From an uncultured bacterium (lineage in GTDB: Bacteria > Verrucomicrobiota > Verrucomicrobiia > Verrucomicrobiales > DEV007): a stretch of DNA of 64,000 nt. The position numbers were made by a program, and so were the translations under genes. Of the stretch, positions 10,283 through 19,977 are shown one piece after another. How positions within the stretch are numbered: the first letter of the stretch is position 1; the number at the start of each line of letters is the position of its first letter. The DNA lies in contig CAXBMO010000008.1 in NCBI GenBank assembly GCA_963977015.1, positions 1-64,000 on the forward strand. The letters run 5' to 3'. The notes below the pieces were generated by a model. It did no database searches. It saw only the letters and a program-made list of their open reading frames with translations, and was not told the origin of the DNA.

Positions 10283-10408
10283 TCACTTGCCGTATTCGAC
10301 ATAGCCGGGAGCTGGAGCGTCCACTGCAGCTTTTTTGGCGCAGGAACTAACACTCATGGAGAGAGCTGCCGCAGCAACGGCGATGACGAGAATTTTTGCG
10401 AATTTCAT
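10283..10408 (-). CDS. small lipoprotein, 41 aa (MKFAKILVIAVAAAALSMSVSSCAKKAAVDAPAPGYVEYGK)
   Basis: Translated by hand. Signal peptide with VSSC lipobox; ends before the terminator. Confidence 0.7.
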   Translation of the reverse strand: MKFAKILVIAVAAAALSMSVSSCAKKAAVDAPAPGYVEYGK

Positions 10409-10594
10409 GCTAAACCTTGGTTAAGTGAGGGTTCAATAATTAAAGATCGGAGGGGTCATAAAGCAACCGTGGCTGAAACGCAATGCTTTTTCCGGAAAGT
10501 GAGGGGCAATCGATGGATGAAGCGCGCTTTTTTTGGGGGGCCTTTCCACCTTGGTGATTGCCAGGAGGGAGGTGGGAAGGTGAGGGCATGCCCG

Positions 10595-11326
10595 CTACAA
10601 AAGCGGAAGCGATTCGATGTCCAGATGTTGCTCGATGTCATCCATCGCCTCGGCGGTGGAAACGATGCGGGCGTAGCGGTTTCGCAGCGTCTTCAAACTG
10701 GCCTCGTGCAATTCCGGCGTCACCGTGGTGCATCCGTCGTTAACGAGGGTGACGAAGTAACCCAGGTCGCAGGCGTCGCGAACGGTGGTTTCGACACATT
10801 CATTGGTGTAAACGCCGACGACGTAGAGTGAGCTGATTCCCAGGTTGTTGAGGACGTAGTGCAGATTGGTGGACGAAAACACCCCGCTCGCCGTCTTGTT
10901 GATGACGATTTCATCGCCAACCGGGGCAACTTCCTCAAGAAAGCAGGCCTCGCCGGACCCGGGAGCGGCGTGCAGTTCCAACCGCTTGTGGCCCTTGGAC
11001 CGGTCCCGGCCATCGCGGGTCAGGGACTGAATCCGAACGTGAATGACTTCCAGATCGTGGAATCGAAAGCAGTTCTGCAGGTTGTGCACATTCGGCAACA
11101 CCGTGTCCCGCAATTGGCTGAAGTAATACTGCATCTCCTCCAGGGGAATCGGAGATTTCTCGTAGTCGCGAAACAGGCCGTGTCCTTCGGCTGCATCCAG
11201 ATACTGCATGTCGATGCAAAGCAGGGCGGTATCGCGATTGCGAAGATCTTTTTCGCGTTTCGGATTCTCGATAAACGAATCCTGATAGATCGGTTTGAGT
11301 GGATCGCCTTTGGGTGTCTCGGTCAT
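10595..11326 (-). CDS. isochorismatase-family cysteine hydrolase
   Basis: ALLCIDMQ (Asp), INKTASGVF (Lys) and GVYTNECVETTVRDA (Cys) catalytic triad motifs. Confidence 0.9.
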   Translation of the reverse strand: MTETPKGDPLKPIYQDSFIENPKREKDLRNRDTALLCIDMQYLDAAEGHGLFRDYEKSPIPLEEMQYYFSQLRDTVLPNVHNLQNCFRFHDLEVIHVRIQSLTRDGRDRSKGHKRLELHAAPGSGEACFLEEVAPVGDEIVINKTASGVFSSTNLHYVLNNLGISSLYVVGVYTNECVETTVRDACDLGYFVTLVNDGCTTVTPELHEASLKTLRNRYARIVSTAEAMDDIEQHLDIESLPLL

Positions 11327-12606
11327 TGACCAGACGATAACGGCTGGTTGCCGAGTTGGCAAAGTGCAGCAAGCATGAGATTGGCTCCGGCCTCGACGTC
11401 TTCCCAGGCGGTCCATTCTGCCGGAGAGTGGCTCATCCCGCCACGGCTCGGAACAAAGATCATCGCCATGGGGGCAATTCGGCCGACCAACTGCGCGTCG
11501 TGGGCCGCCCCGCTCAACATTTTCAGCGACCGGAGTCCGAGACGTTCCGCCTCTGTTTCCAACAGACTCACGAGCCGTTCCTCGGACGAAACCGGCAGGA
11601 TCTCACCTTGAAGATTGAACTCGAACTTCAGGCCGCGACGCCGAGAAATCGCCGCGAGCGCCTTTTGGAAGGCGAGCGAAAGATCGGCGAGGATCTCGGT
11701 CGAGGGATCGCGAAAATCGAGCGAAAACTCGACCATGCCGGGGACGGAATTCGGCGCACCCGGCAGAATTTCGGCCTTCCCGATGGTGGCCCGGCTGTTT
11801 TCTCCGCCGTTTTCCTCCAGGATTCGCGGCAATTCGTGGGCAAAGTCCGCCAGCCCCATGAACGCGTCCTTGCGGTAGTCCATCGGAGTCGTTCCGGCGT
11901 GGTTCGCTTCGCCCGTAAACCGAAGCGACCAGGATTGCAGCCCGGTGATGCTCGAAACGATGCCGACCTGAAGATGGCTCTCGTCCAGCACCGGACCCTG
12001 CTCGATGTGAAGTTCAAGATACGAGTCGATTTCATCGGGAGACCGGCGCGACTCCAGCGCTTTCATCGGGTCCAGCCCGTGGGCCAGCATCGCGTCACTG
12101 AGCTTGGTGCCGCCCAGGTCAACGGCGTTCTGAACCTTGTCGAGGGTGAGGATCCCGGTGAATGCTTCCGAGCCAAACGTGCCTCCGAAACGCCCTTCCT
12201 CGTCGCTGAACGCGATCAATTCCATGCTGCGTTCCGGCGAAAACTTGGCGGCTTTCAGAGTTCGCAGACATTCCAAACCAACCACCACACCCAGGGTTCC
12301 ATCGAGCATCCCGGCACAGGGCACGGTATCGATGTGGGAACCGACGAAGATGCGTGGCGAATCCGACTTCCCCTTCAAAACCCCAGAAATGTTGGCCGCG
12401 CCATCCGAATTGGGCTCCAGACCGTTTTCTTCAATCCGGTGAAGCAGCCAGCGCTTCCCTTCCATGTCCTCGTCCGTGAACGCCATCCGGTAGATGCCCC
12501 GGTCTCGCTCATGCTGACCGATCGCCGCGAGGGTGAGGATGTCGGACTTGATGCGCTCGATATCAACCCGGAGGTCGAGTGGCGAAGGTGAAAGGGATTT
12601 GGACAT
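11323..12606 (-). CDS. M20 Zn-dependent N-carbamoyl-L-amino acid amidohydrolase (allantoate amidohydrolase family)
   Basis: GSHIDTVP, DEEGRFG, ELHIEQGP, NHAGTTPM, SGAAHDA and SHSPAE motifs. Confidence 0.92.
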   Translation of the reverse strand: MSKSLSPSPLDLRVDIERIKSDILTLAAIGQHERDRGIYRMAFTDEDMEGKRWLLHRIEENGLEPNSDGAANISGVLKGKSDSPRIFVGSHIDTVPCAGMLDGTLGVVVGLECLRTLKAAKFSPERSMELIAFSDEEGRFGGTFGSEAFTGILTLDKVQNAVDLGGTKLSDAMLAHGLDPMKALESRRSPDEIDSYLELHIEQGPVLDESHLQVGIVSSITGLQSWSLRFTGEANHAGTTPMDYRKDAFMGLADFAHELPRILEENGGENSRATIGKAEILPGAPNSVPGMVEFSLDFRDPSTEILADLSLAFQKALAAISRRRGLKFEFNLQGEILPVSSEERLVSLLETEAERLGLRSLKMLSGAAHDAQLVGRIAPMAMIFVPSRGGMSHSPAEWTAWEDVEAGANLMLAALCQLGNQPLSSGQ

Positions 12607-14568
12607 TTAGTGCGAACTGACGAACTGCCGGTGAAGAATGTGAAGGGTCAGGAGGTGGTTGAGCAACGTGTCCTTGCGAACCAACGAAGTTCCATCGGTA
12701 TCCGCGCGGTAGTCTGTCAAAAATTTCGAAACCCGTTCGGGTGAGCAGATTCCCGCATCGGCCACCGTGCTTTCGCCGAGGTAGGCGTCGATCAGCTCAT
12801 TGACCTTGGCCCGCTTGCTTTCATCGGTGTGGGCGGGTGGAGCCATGAAGGCAAATTTCTCGCGCCGGTAGAGAACTTCGGGAAGAACGCCTTTCACCGC
12901 CTCGCGCAGAACATACTTTTCAATGTTGCCCTTGATTCGAAGGCTGGGCGGAACATCCACCGCGATCTTGGCGAGGTGATGGTCGAGAAACGCCGGACGG
13001 GATTCCATCGAGTTCGCCATGTCGACGCGATCGCCACCCCAGTTGAGGATCTGGCCTTCCAGTTGGCATTTCGACCACGTGTATTGGGCTTTGTCGAGCG
13101 GGTGACGTCCGTCGAGCATGGATTGGTCAATTCGCGAGGCGATTTCCGCGATCGGATCGTAATCGCGCAGCGTGTCCTGGACGTCGTCGGAAAGGAGTGG
13201 GCGGGCGAGGTCGAGGGTGTCCATCCACGGCTGAATCCATGAAGGTGTAAACCCGCAAAGCGCATCCCAGCTGGGATGGGAACGCTGGTTCTCAGCCAGG
13301 ATCGCGCCCTTGAAGAGCGAGTTGGTTCGCTCCAGCGCCGCCTGGTATTCCGCCCGAACATTGTCAGGTTCATGGCTGAGACCGTGGAGAAACATGTCGC
13401 GCTTCAACGCGGGATACCCGGCAAAGAGCTCATCAGCGCCTTCTCCGGTGATCACACAACGATAGCCGGAATCCCAGACCCGTTTCGACATCAGGTTCTT
13501 GGCGACACCGAGCGTGTTGTAAAAGGTCCGCTCCGCATGCCAGACGGTTTTGATATAGTTCTCGCCATAGAGATCTTCCGCTTTCAGATGGATCACCTCC
13601 TGGTCGGCATTCATCGATTCCGCCATCTCCTTGGCAATTGGCGCCTCGTCGTAATCGTCATCGTCGAAGGAGATGGTGTAGGCCTTGGTGGGCGATTGCA
13701 TCGCGCCCGTCGCGAGGCCGAGGATACAACAAGAATCAATGCCGCCGGAGAGATAACACCCGACGGGAACGTCAGCCTCAAGGCGCAGGACGATCGACCG
13801 AATCAGTTCCTCGCGAACCTTCTCAATATGTTCCTGCTCGTCGATTTCTCGAGGGCGATCTTCTTCGTTGGGAAAGTCGAAATCCCAGTAGCGTTGTTGG
13901 TGGATGTCCAGCTTGCCGTTCCGCTTGCGAATGCGAAGGAAATGACCGGGATCCAGCGAGATAATCCCTTCGAAGGCGCTCATGCCCGGCGCGATGGTCT
14001 GCATCAGTTGATGCAACGCGGCCTTGGGATCGAGGCGACGCGGGACATCGGGATGGGCCAGGACCGACTTGGCTTCCGATCCGTAAACGATCGTACTTTG
14101 ATCCGGCGAAACCCAGTAAAAGAGTGGTCTCACTCCGAAGCGATCCCGAATTAAAATCAGCTCATCCGCCTCGCAATCGTAAAGGGCAAAGGCGAACTCG
14201 CCGCGGAGATGCTCGGTAAAATCGAGACCGAACTTGCGATACAATCCCATCGCGATTTCCGAATCCGACTTCGTCAAAAACCGGTCGCCCTCGGCCATCA
14301 AGGTCGATCGATGGCGTTTGAAATCGTAAAACTCGCCGTTGGTCGTGAGGACGTATTTGCCGTCAGCCGCGTGAAGCGGTTGGCAGCCGCCTTCCAGGTC
14401 GTTGATCGCCAGACGCGTATGTCCCAACGCAACGCCTTTGCTGCGTTCGACATAGTGACCGTTCCCGTCCGGGCCGCGGTGGACAATGGTTTGCAATTGC
14501 CCTTCGAGAATCTCGGAGGTGTTGGAGGGAAGGGGAGTAGCCGAAAAGTGGCCTGCGATGCCGCACAT
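12607..14568 (-). CDS. asparagine synthase (glutamine-hydrolysing)-like amidotransferase
   Basis: Ntn Cys2 (MCGIAG), HRGPD, GHTRLAI, PP-loop LSGGIDS and TGEGADELFAGY. Confidence 0.92.
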   Translation of the reverse strand: MCGIAGHFSATPLPSNTSEILEGQLQTIVHRGPDGNGHYVERSKGVALGHTRLAINDLEGGCQPLHAADGKYVLTTNGEFYDFKRHRSTLMAEGDRFLTKSDSEIAMGLYRKFGLDFTEHLRGEFAFALYDCEADELILIRDRFGVRPLFYWVSPDQSTIVYGSEAKSVLAHPDVPRRLDPKAALHQLMQTIAPGMSAFEGIISLDPGHFLRIRKRNGKLDIHQQRYWDFDFPNEEDRPREIDEQEHIEKVREELIRSIVLRLEADVPVGCYLSGGIDSCCILGLATGAMQSPTKAYTISFDDDDYDEAPIAKEMAESMNADQEVIHLKAEDLYGENYIKTVWHAERTFYNTLGVAKNLMSKRVWDSGYRCVITGEGADELFAGYPALKRDMFLHGLSHEPDNVRAEYQAALERTNSLFKGAILAENQRSHPSWDALCGFTPSWIQPWMDTLDLARPLLSDDVQDTLRDYDPIAEIASRIDQSMLDGRHPLDKAQYTWSKCQLEGQILNWGGDRVDMANSMESRPAFLDHHLAKIAVDVPPSLRIKGNIEKYVLREAVKGVLPEVLYRREKFAFMAPPAHTDESKRAKVNELIDAYLGESTVADAGICSPERVSKFLTDYRADTDGTSLVRKDTLLNHLLTLHILHRQFVSSH

Positions 14569-14574
14569 GAGTGG

Positions 14575-15687
14575 TTAGGAAGGATTGGGTTCCAGATTGA
14601 TAAGGTTTGGGAGCGATTTGAGCCGGCCCAGCACCGCCATGAGAAGCGCCTGACGAATAAACACGGCTCCGTGTGCCTGTGAAAAATAGAGGTTGTGACT
14701 CGTTTTATCCAGCGAGGTATCCAGTTCATCCAGACGAGCGAGCGGGTGAAGGATGACCGCGCTTTCTTTGATTGGGCTTTCCGAGTTGAGCTTGAACCGG
14801 CTATCCATGTTCTTATAGGAATCCCCCAGAAAGGCGATGGAGTTCATATAGATCACATCAAGGTCGGGAAGATGTTCGCGCACGTCGTTGGAGACTTCGT
14901 ACTCAATATCCGCTTCCTTCAATTGCGCGATGACGTCTTCCCCAAAAGGGTCCGCCATCTCGGAAATCACCGTGACCTTGCCGATGTGCTCGCGGAAAAG
15001 CAGTGCCATGAGGAGAAACGACTTCACCGCCCGCATCGAACCCGGCGTGCCCAGAATTCCGAGATTCAACCGGTGATCTCCATCCTGGTGAGGGCCGGCG
15101 AGAGCGGGTTTCCATTTGAGCAACGCAAACCAATCCGCCAAAGCCTGGGTCGGATGCTCTCCAGAGCCGTTGCCCGCATTGATGAGCGGAATGCGAAGAT
15201 TCTCGAGGATCTGCTCCGGCGCGTCGGTTTCGGTGTGGCGCATGATGACGAGATCCGCATACGCGTTGAACATCTCTCCAATGTCGGAAAGGGATTCACC
15301 CTTGGCCTGACCGGTGGTTCGACCGTCCGCGATGGAGATCACTTTTCCATCCAACCGAAGAATCGCGCTCTCAAAACTGGTTCGGGTGCGGGTCGAAGCT
15401 TCGAAAAACGCGGTGACGGCAATCTTTCCATCCAACGGATGATAGGGCCAGATCTCGATCTTCTCGAGAATCGCCGCCAGCTTGCAGAGTTCCACCACCT
15501 GGTCGAACGAGAACTGGCCCGCGTTAAGAATATTCTGACCATCCAATTGGGCCAAAATTTCCAAACATACCGGATTGTCGATGAAGAGTCCCGACGGCTC
15601 TGGCCGGATCGCGTCCGAGTCTGCCGGGGGCTCAAGATTGGGAATAATTCGGTTTTCCCTCAGCGGGGATTGTGAGGTCGGATCCAT
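14575..15687 (-). CDS. aspartate/ornithine carbamoyltransferase-family protein (atypical ATCase paralogue)
   Basis: FFEASTRTRTSFE, KGESL, NAGNGSGEHPTQAL and HPLAR present; the ATCase TRxQxER motif is replaced by YMNSIAFL. Confidence 0.88.
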   Translation of the reverse strand: MDPTSQSPLRENRIIPNLEPPADSDAIRPEPSGLFIDNPVCLEILAQLDGQNILNAGQFSFDQVVELCKLAAILEKIEIWPYHPLDGKIAVTAFFEASTRTRTSFESAILRLDGKVISIADGRTTGQAKGESLSDIGEMFNAYADLVIMRHTETDAPEQILENLRIPLINAGNGSGEHPTQALADWFALLKWKPALAGPHQDGDHRLNLGILGTPGSMRAVKSFLLMALLFREHIGKVTVISEMADPFGEDVIAQLKEADIEYEVSNDVREHLPDLDVIYMNSIAFLGDSYKNMDSRFKLNSESPIKESAVILHPLARLDELDTSLDKTSHNLYFSQAHGAVFIRQALLMAVLGRLKSLPNLINLEPNPS

Positions 15688-15723
15688 GACAAGTTTCTGG
15701 TTTCGAGGTTGGGGCAGCTGGCG

Positions 15724-15843
15724 CTACCAAAGCGTTTTGTTCTTCCAATCCCGGATCAATAGCAGGATCAGGGCCAAGGCTCCCGTGGTGGTCCAGAGGA
15801 GAGCCATGACGATCAGGAATTGAAGGAAGGATGCTGAAAACAT
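15724..15843 (-). CDS. small membrane protein, 39 aa (MFSASFLQFLIVMALLWTTTGALALILLLIRDWKNKTLW)
   Basis: Translated by hand. One long hydrophobic helix and a basic C-terminus; fills the operon gap exactly. Confidence 0.7.
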   Translation of the reverse strand: MFSASFLQFLIVMALLWTTTGALALILLLIRDWKNKTLW

Positions 15844-15856
15844 GGGAGGGTTTGAG

Positions 15857-17293
15857 TTAGTCGAGAGATGCCGCCTCCTGATGAAGCGGAGCTGGCCGGA
15901 TGTAACGTGCCGAAATCGTGAAAATCATCGAAATCCCTGCGCCAACGAGGGAGGCGGTGAACCATCCCAGGGTGAAATACGCGACTACCCCCAAAATGGA
16001 TCCGGCCAGAATGCCGGCGATGACGATTGGCCGATTGATTTGCGACCAGTAAAGTCCTGCAATCACCGGCCAAATCAGACTCGCCACCAGGGGGCCGGAG
16101 ATAAAGAGCGCATTGATAATCGGCCATTTCGGGGCGGCAAGAATCCAGGTGAGAACGCCGACGCCGATGATGACTCGCCCCGCGATTTTGCGGAAATTCC
16201 TGTCATCGAGCGATTTCTTGAACAGGCCCTCCTGCACGTCGCGAATCAGCAGATCCGACGTCGCCGCGAGCAGGGAGTCGATGGAGGACGCCATCGAGCA
16301 AAAAAGAACGATGAGGATGAGCACCCCGGCAAAGGCTCCGAACCCGGCATTTGCCATCACCGCCGAAGCGACCACCGGGCCCACCTGATTTTCATCAGCA
16401 ATATTGATTCCCAGCGGTCCCGCCGCCAGGGCAATGAATCCAGCCGCAATCGGAATTGGAAACCAGAGTATCCCTGACAAGAGAAAGGCTTTGGGGGCAA
16501 TCTCCTTGCGCATGGCAAAGGCCCGCGACCACCAGACGTTGTTGTGGAAGACCTCACCAAACCCGAACAGCATGTTGTTGAACACCGCGAGCAGGGCCGC
16601 TGGCATCACGACCTTCAGAAGGGACGGTTGGTAGGTGCTGATGTGGGTGTAGGCTTCGGAGAAATCGATCTGAATCGCCACCATCACGCCAATAAACACA
16701 ATGCCGATGAGGATGATCAGGCTCTGGATGAAATCGGTGCCGATCACGGCGTAAAGACCGCCAAACAAGGTGTAGAGCACGCAGACGACGAGGATGAGCG
16801 ACATGCCCTGGAGATAGGGAATCCCCGCCAGCGCCAACATCAACTCGCCTCCCGCGATTGCCATACTGACAAGCCACGAAAGGGAATAGAGCATCGTGAT
16901 GATCAGAAAAATCGACCATCCGACCCGCCCGTAGCGCATGCGGAAAAAATCACCCGCCGTCACGCCTTTCGGTAGGAGCTTGCGAATGCGTATCGCGAAA
17001 AACGCGAACAAAATGAGCCCGAAACTCGCCGTCGAATAGGCCACCATTCCCCAGACGCCCAACGTCAGCGCGAAAACCGGAGCCAACATCGTCGTGTTGG
17101 AGGTCACCCAGGTCGCCATTGCCGTGGCGGAGCCGAGCGAGAGGCCGACGTTGCGTCCGGCGAGCATGAAACCCTCGGAACTTTTCGCCTTTTTTCCCCA
17201 GAAAATGCCGAGGCCGACCCAAAGTAATCCCAACAAGATCACAATCGCCCAACCGGTGCCAACCGAGATGGAATTGGCGAGGAGATCGATCAA
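15857..17293 (-). CDS. sodium:solute symporter family protein (Dur3/PutP-like)
   Basis: FMLAGRNVG, YTLFGGLYAVIGTDFIQ and SMASSIDSLL motifs, multiple TMs. Probable TTG start overlapping the upstream stop. Confidence 0.88.
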   Translation of the reverse strand: MIDLLANSISVGTGWAIVILLGLLWVGLGIFWGKKAKSSEGFMLAGRNVGLSLGSATAMATWVTSNTTMLAPVFALTLGVWGMVAYSTASFGLILFAFFAIRIRKLLPKGVTAGDFFRMRYGRVGWSIFLIITMLYSLSWLVSMAIAGGELMLALAGIPYLQGMSLILVVCVLYTLFGGLYAVIGTDFIQSLIILIGIVFIGVMVAIQIDFSEAYTHISTYQPSLLKVVMPAALLAVFNNMLFGFGEVFHNNVWWSRAFAMRKEIAPKAFLLSGILWFPIPIAAGFIALAAGPLGINIADENQVGPVVASAVMANAGFGAFAGVLILIVLFCSMASSIDSLLAATSDLLIRDVQEGLFKKSLDDRNFRKIAGRVIIGVGVLTWILAAPKWPIINALFISGPLVASLIWPVIAGLYWSQINRPIVIAGILAGSILGVVAYFTLGWFTASLVGAGISMIFTISARYIRPAPLHQEAASLD

Positions 17294-17688
17294 GAATTCT
17301 CCCTTCGATTCGCATTGAAATGTCCGAGAAAAATGGCGGCAAACGTTGCCCCGACCACGATGCTGCCGAGGGCCAACAGGGTGAAAAGCTGGGTTCGGGA
17401 CGTGAAGACCACTCTGATTTCCAGCGGTGGAGACCAAGCGGGACTTGCTTCGCCAGAAATCTCGCCGACGCGGAAAAAGTGGGATCCTTCCGGCAGCCCC
17501 GTCAGGACCGAAGCAGAGTCGCGGCCCTGGTAACGGACCACGGGGGCGGAAAAGCCAGCCGTCGGCGCCTGTTGAATCACGACCTCAGACGCTTCCGGAA
17601 CATTCCAGCGCAGGGTCACCGTCCCACGATCCGAGATGCTGCCATCCAGAGTTTCCCGATCGGTGAAGTCTACCTGCTCGGCCTTCAA
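17290..17688 (-). CDS. hypothetical protein, beta-sandwich-like domain with C-terminal TM anchor
   Basis: First ORF of the operon. VTLRW...FFRV...WS pattern resembles FN3; C-terminal hydrophobic helix. Confidence 0.65.
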   Translation of the reverse strand: MKAEQVDFTDRETLDGSISDRGTVTLRWNVPEASEVVIQQAPTAGFSAPVVRYQGRDSASVLTGLPEGSHFFRVGEISGEASPAWSPPLEIRVVFTSRTQLFTLLALGSIVVGATFAAIFLGHFNANRRENS

Positions 17689-17925
17689 TGGTCCCCCGCA
17701 AAGTAGAAAAGCGATTGCCAGGGGAAGGTAGTTGGGGCGGATAAAACAGATAGTTCGTCAAATGAAGCCGTGACTCAGCCAAACATTGCTTGGCGAGGGT
17801 TCAAGATGTTTTCTGCCAAAACCTCCAAGGGCTGGGTTGCGGACCCGAAATCAAGTCGTCCCTTTGGTGAATGGTGAGGGCATCTTCTCGCTTGATTCGC
17901 GAACCGTCAGTGCGGACTCGTTGAC

Positions 17926-19977
17926 ATGCCCCTTAAGATCGTTGCCGTTTTGCTCCTGCTTTCCTACCTCGCCTGGGGAGAACATGGTGGCACGAAAACG
18001 TTGGAGGCGGCAAACCGGGCGCTCCAGCAACAGTTCCGCGGAATCCTCACCAATGAATCCGTTCCCGTGTTTTGGACCGATGACGGAGCTGCGGCGGTCT
18101 ATCACGTGGAGCTGGCGCCCGGAAAACGGGAGTGGCGGCGATTGGATCTGGCGTCGGGTGAAGTGACGTCGTTGCCGGAAAAGCCCGATGCGATGACGAA
18201 GGGGGAAAAGCAGCCGCCTCGCGACAACGGGACGACGGCCGCGCTCGAATCGCGAAGGGGCGAGATTTCCTATGACGGGAAGCATACCGCGGAGTTTCGC
18301 GAAGGGGCGCTGTTCTTGAACGGAGAGGAGAAAGCCGGGTTGCTGCCGGAGGGGTGGAAGTGGGAGGGCAAGCCGATGTGGTCGCCGGATTCGACGCGCG
18401 TCGTCGTTTGGAAAACCACGCAACATCCGGTTCGCGAGGTTCGCTATGTGCGATCGTCGCCTGACGAACAACTTCAGCCGGAGCATTTTACGCATCCCTA
18501 TCCCAAGCCGGGCGACCTCCTGAATTTGCCCCACCCGGTCATTCTGTTTGTCGATGGCCGCGAGCCGATCGAGGTGGATCCGATGCTGATTGAGAATCCC
18601 TTCAGCCTTCGAAATTTTGGTTGGCGTCAGGATTCCGAGCGCTTCGTGTTCGAATTCATCGAACGCGGGTTTGGCAAGTTTCGCGTCATCGAAATCCAGA
18701 CGGAAACGCGAACCCAGCGAGCCTTGATCGATGAAACGGACGAGAAGTTCATCCTCGTGTTTGGAAATACGTTTCGCCGCGATTTGAAGGGCGGGGACGA
18801 GATTCTCTGGCTGTCCGAACGCGATGGCTGGAATCATCTCTACTTGATCGACGGGAGGTCCGGAGCGGTGATTCGGCAACTGACGAGCGGCGAATGGATC
18901 GTCCGGGAAGTTGTCGACGTGAATGAGCGCACGCGGACGGCGATCGTGAAAATCCAGGGTTACGACGCTGGGGAGGATCCCTATCATGCGCACTTCGCCA
19001 CGGTGAATCTGGACACGGGGAAGTTGATGCGGCTCACGGAGGGCGACGGAACCCACGAGTTGACCTGGTCGCCAACCGGCGAGTATTACCTGGATCGTTG
19101 GTCGCGCGTCGACCTTCCGCCGGTTCACGAGATTCGCCGATTTTCCGACGGCGCGAAGATCGCAACCCTGGCTGAGGCGAGCGGGCTCGACGCCTTGGCG
19201 AAGACCGGTTGGCAGAAGCCGGAGCGCTTCGTGACCAGGGATCGCAACGGCGAGTTCGACATTCACGGCATCATCCTGCGACCGGCGAATTTTGATCCGA
19301 ACAAGAAGTATCCGGTGGTCGAGGCAATCTACGCCGGCCCGCATGGATCCTTCACGCCGAAGAGTTGGAGGCTGCAATTTGGTGCCATGTCAGGAATGGC
19401 GAATGCCGGTTTCATCGTCGTGAAGCTGGATGGGCTGGGGACGAATCATCGCGGGAAGAAGTTTCAGCAGGTCGCCTACCAAAACCTGATCGATTCCGGG
19501 TTTCCCGATCGCGTGAAGTGGATCCGCGAAGCCGCGAAACAGGTTCCGCAAATGGATCTGGATCGCGTCGGGTTGTATGGCGGGTCGGCTGGCGGACAAA
19601 GCACGTTGGCGGGACTGCTGACCCATCCGGACTTCTACAAGGCGGGCGCGGCGGATTGCGGTTGTCACGACAATCGGATGGACAAGATCTGGTGGAACGA
19701 GCAATGGATGGATTGGCCGGTTGGTCCTCATTATGCGGCCAACGCCAACGCCACCCACATCGAGGCGCTGCAAGGCGCGTTGCTCCTGACCGTCGGTGAA
19801 CTGGACAAAAACGTGGACCCGGCTTCGACCTTGCAGGTTGTGGATGCGCTGATCAAAGCGGACAAGGATTTCGAGTTTTTCCTCGTGCCGGGAGCCGGTC
19901 ACGGAATCGGCGAGGCGCCCTATCTCCGCCGCAAGCGGATCGAGTTTTTTCAACGCCATCTCGGAGCCCCCCAATGA
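17926..19977 (+). CDS. S9 family peptidase (DPP IV N-terminal domain plus peptidase domain)
   Basis: YPKPGD, SERDGWNHLY, GGSAGG nucleophile, GELDKNVDP and GAGHG. Confidence 0.92.
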   Translation: MPLKIVAVLLLLSYLAWGEHGGTKTLEAANRALQQQFRGILTNESVPVFWTDDGAAAVYHVELAPGKREWRRLDLASGEVTSLPEKPDAMTKGEKQPPRDNGTTAALESRRGEISYDGKHTAEFREGALFLNGEEKAGLLPEGWKWEGKPMWSPDSTRVVVWKTTQHPVREVRYVRSSPDEQLQPEHFTHPYPKPGDLLNLPHPVILFVDGREPIEVDPMLIENPFSLRNFGWRQDSERFVFEFIERGFGKFRVIEIQTETRTQRALIDETDEKFILVFGNTFRRDLKGGDEILWLSERDGWNHLYLIDGRSGAVIRQLTSGEWIVREVVDVNERTRTAIVKIQGYDAGEDPYHAHFATVNLDTGKLMRLTEGDGTHELTWSPTGEYYLDRWSRVDLPPVHEIRRFSDGAKIATLAEASGLDALAKTGWQKPERFVTRDRNGEFDIHGIILRPANFDPNKKYPVVEAIYAGPHGSFTPKSWRLQFGAMSGMANAGFIVVKLDGLGTNHRGKKFQQVAYQNLIDSGFPDRVKWIREAAKQVPQMDLDRVGLYGGSAGGQSTLAGLLTHPDFYKAGAADCGCHDNRMDKIWWNEQWMDWPVGPHYAANANATHIEALQGALLLTVGELDKNVDPASTLQVVDALIKADKDFEFFLVPGAGHGIGEAPYLRRKRIEFFQRHLGAPQ

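Noticed and set aside
12607-15687. Assigning gene symbols asnB and pyrB
   Set aside because: Operon context and the altered substrate motif point to paralogues with different chemistry.
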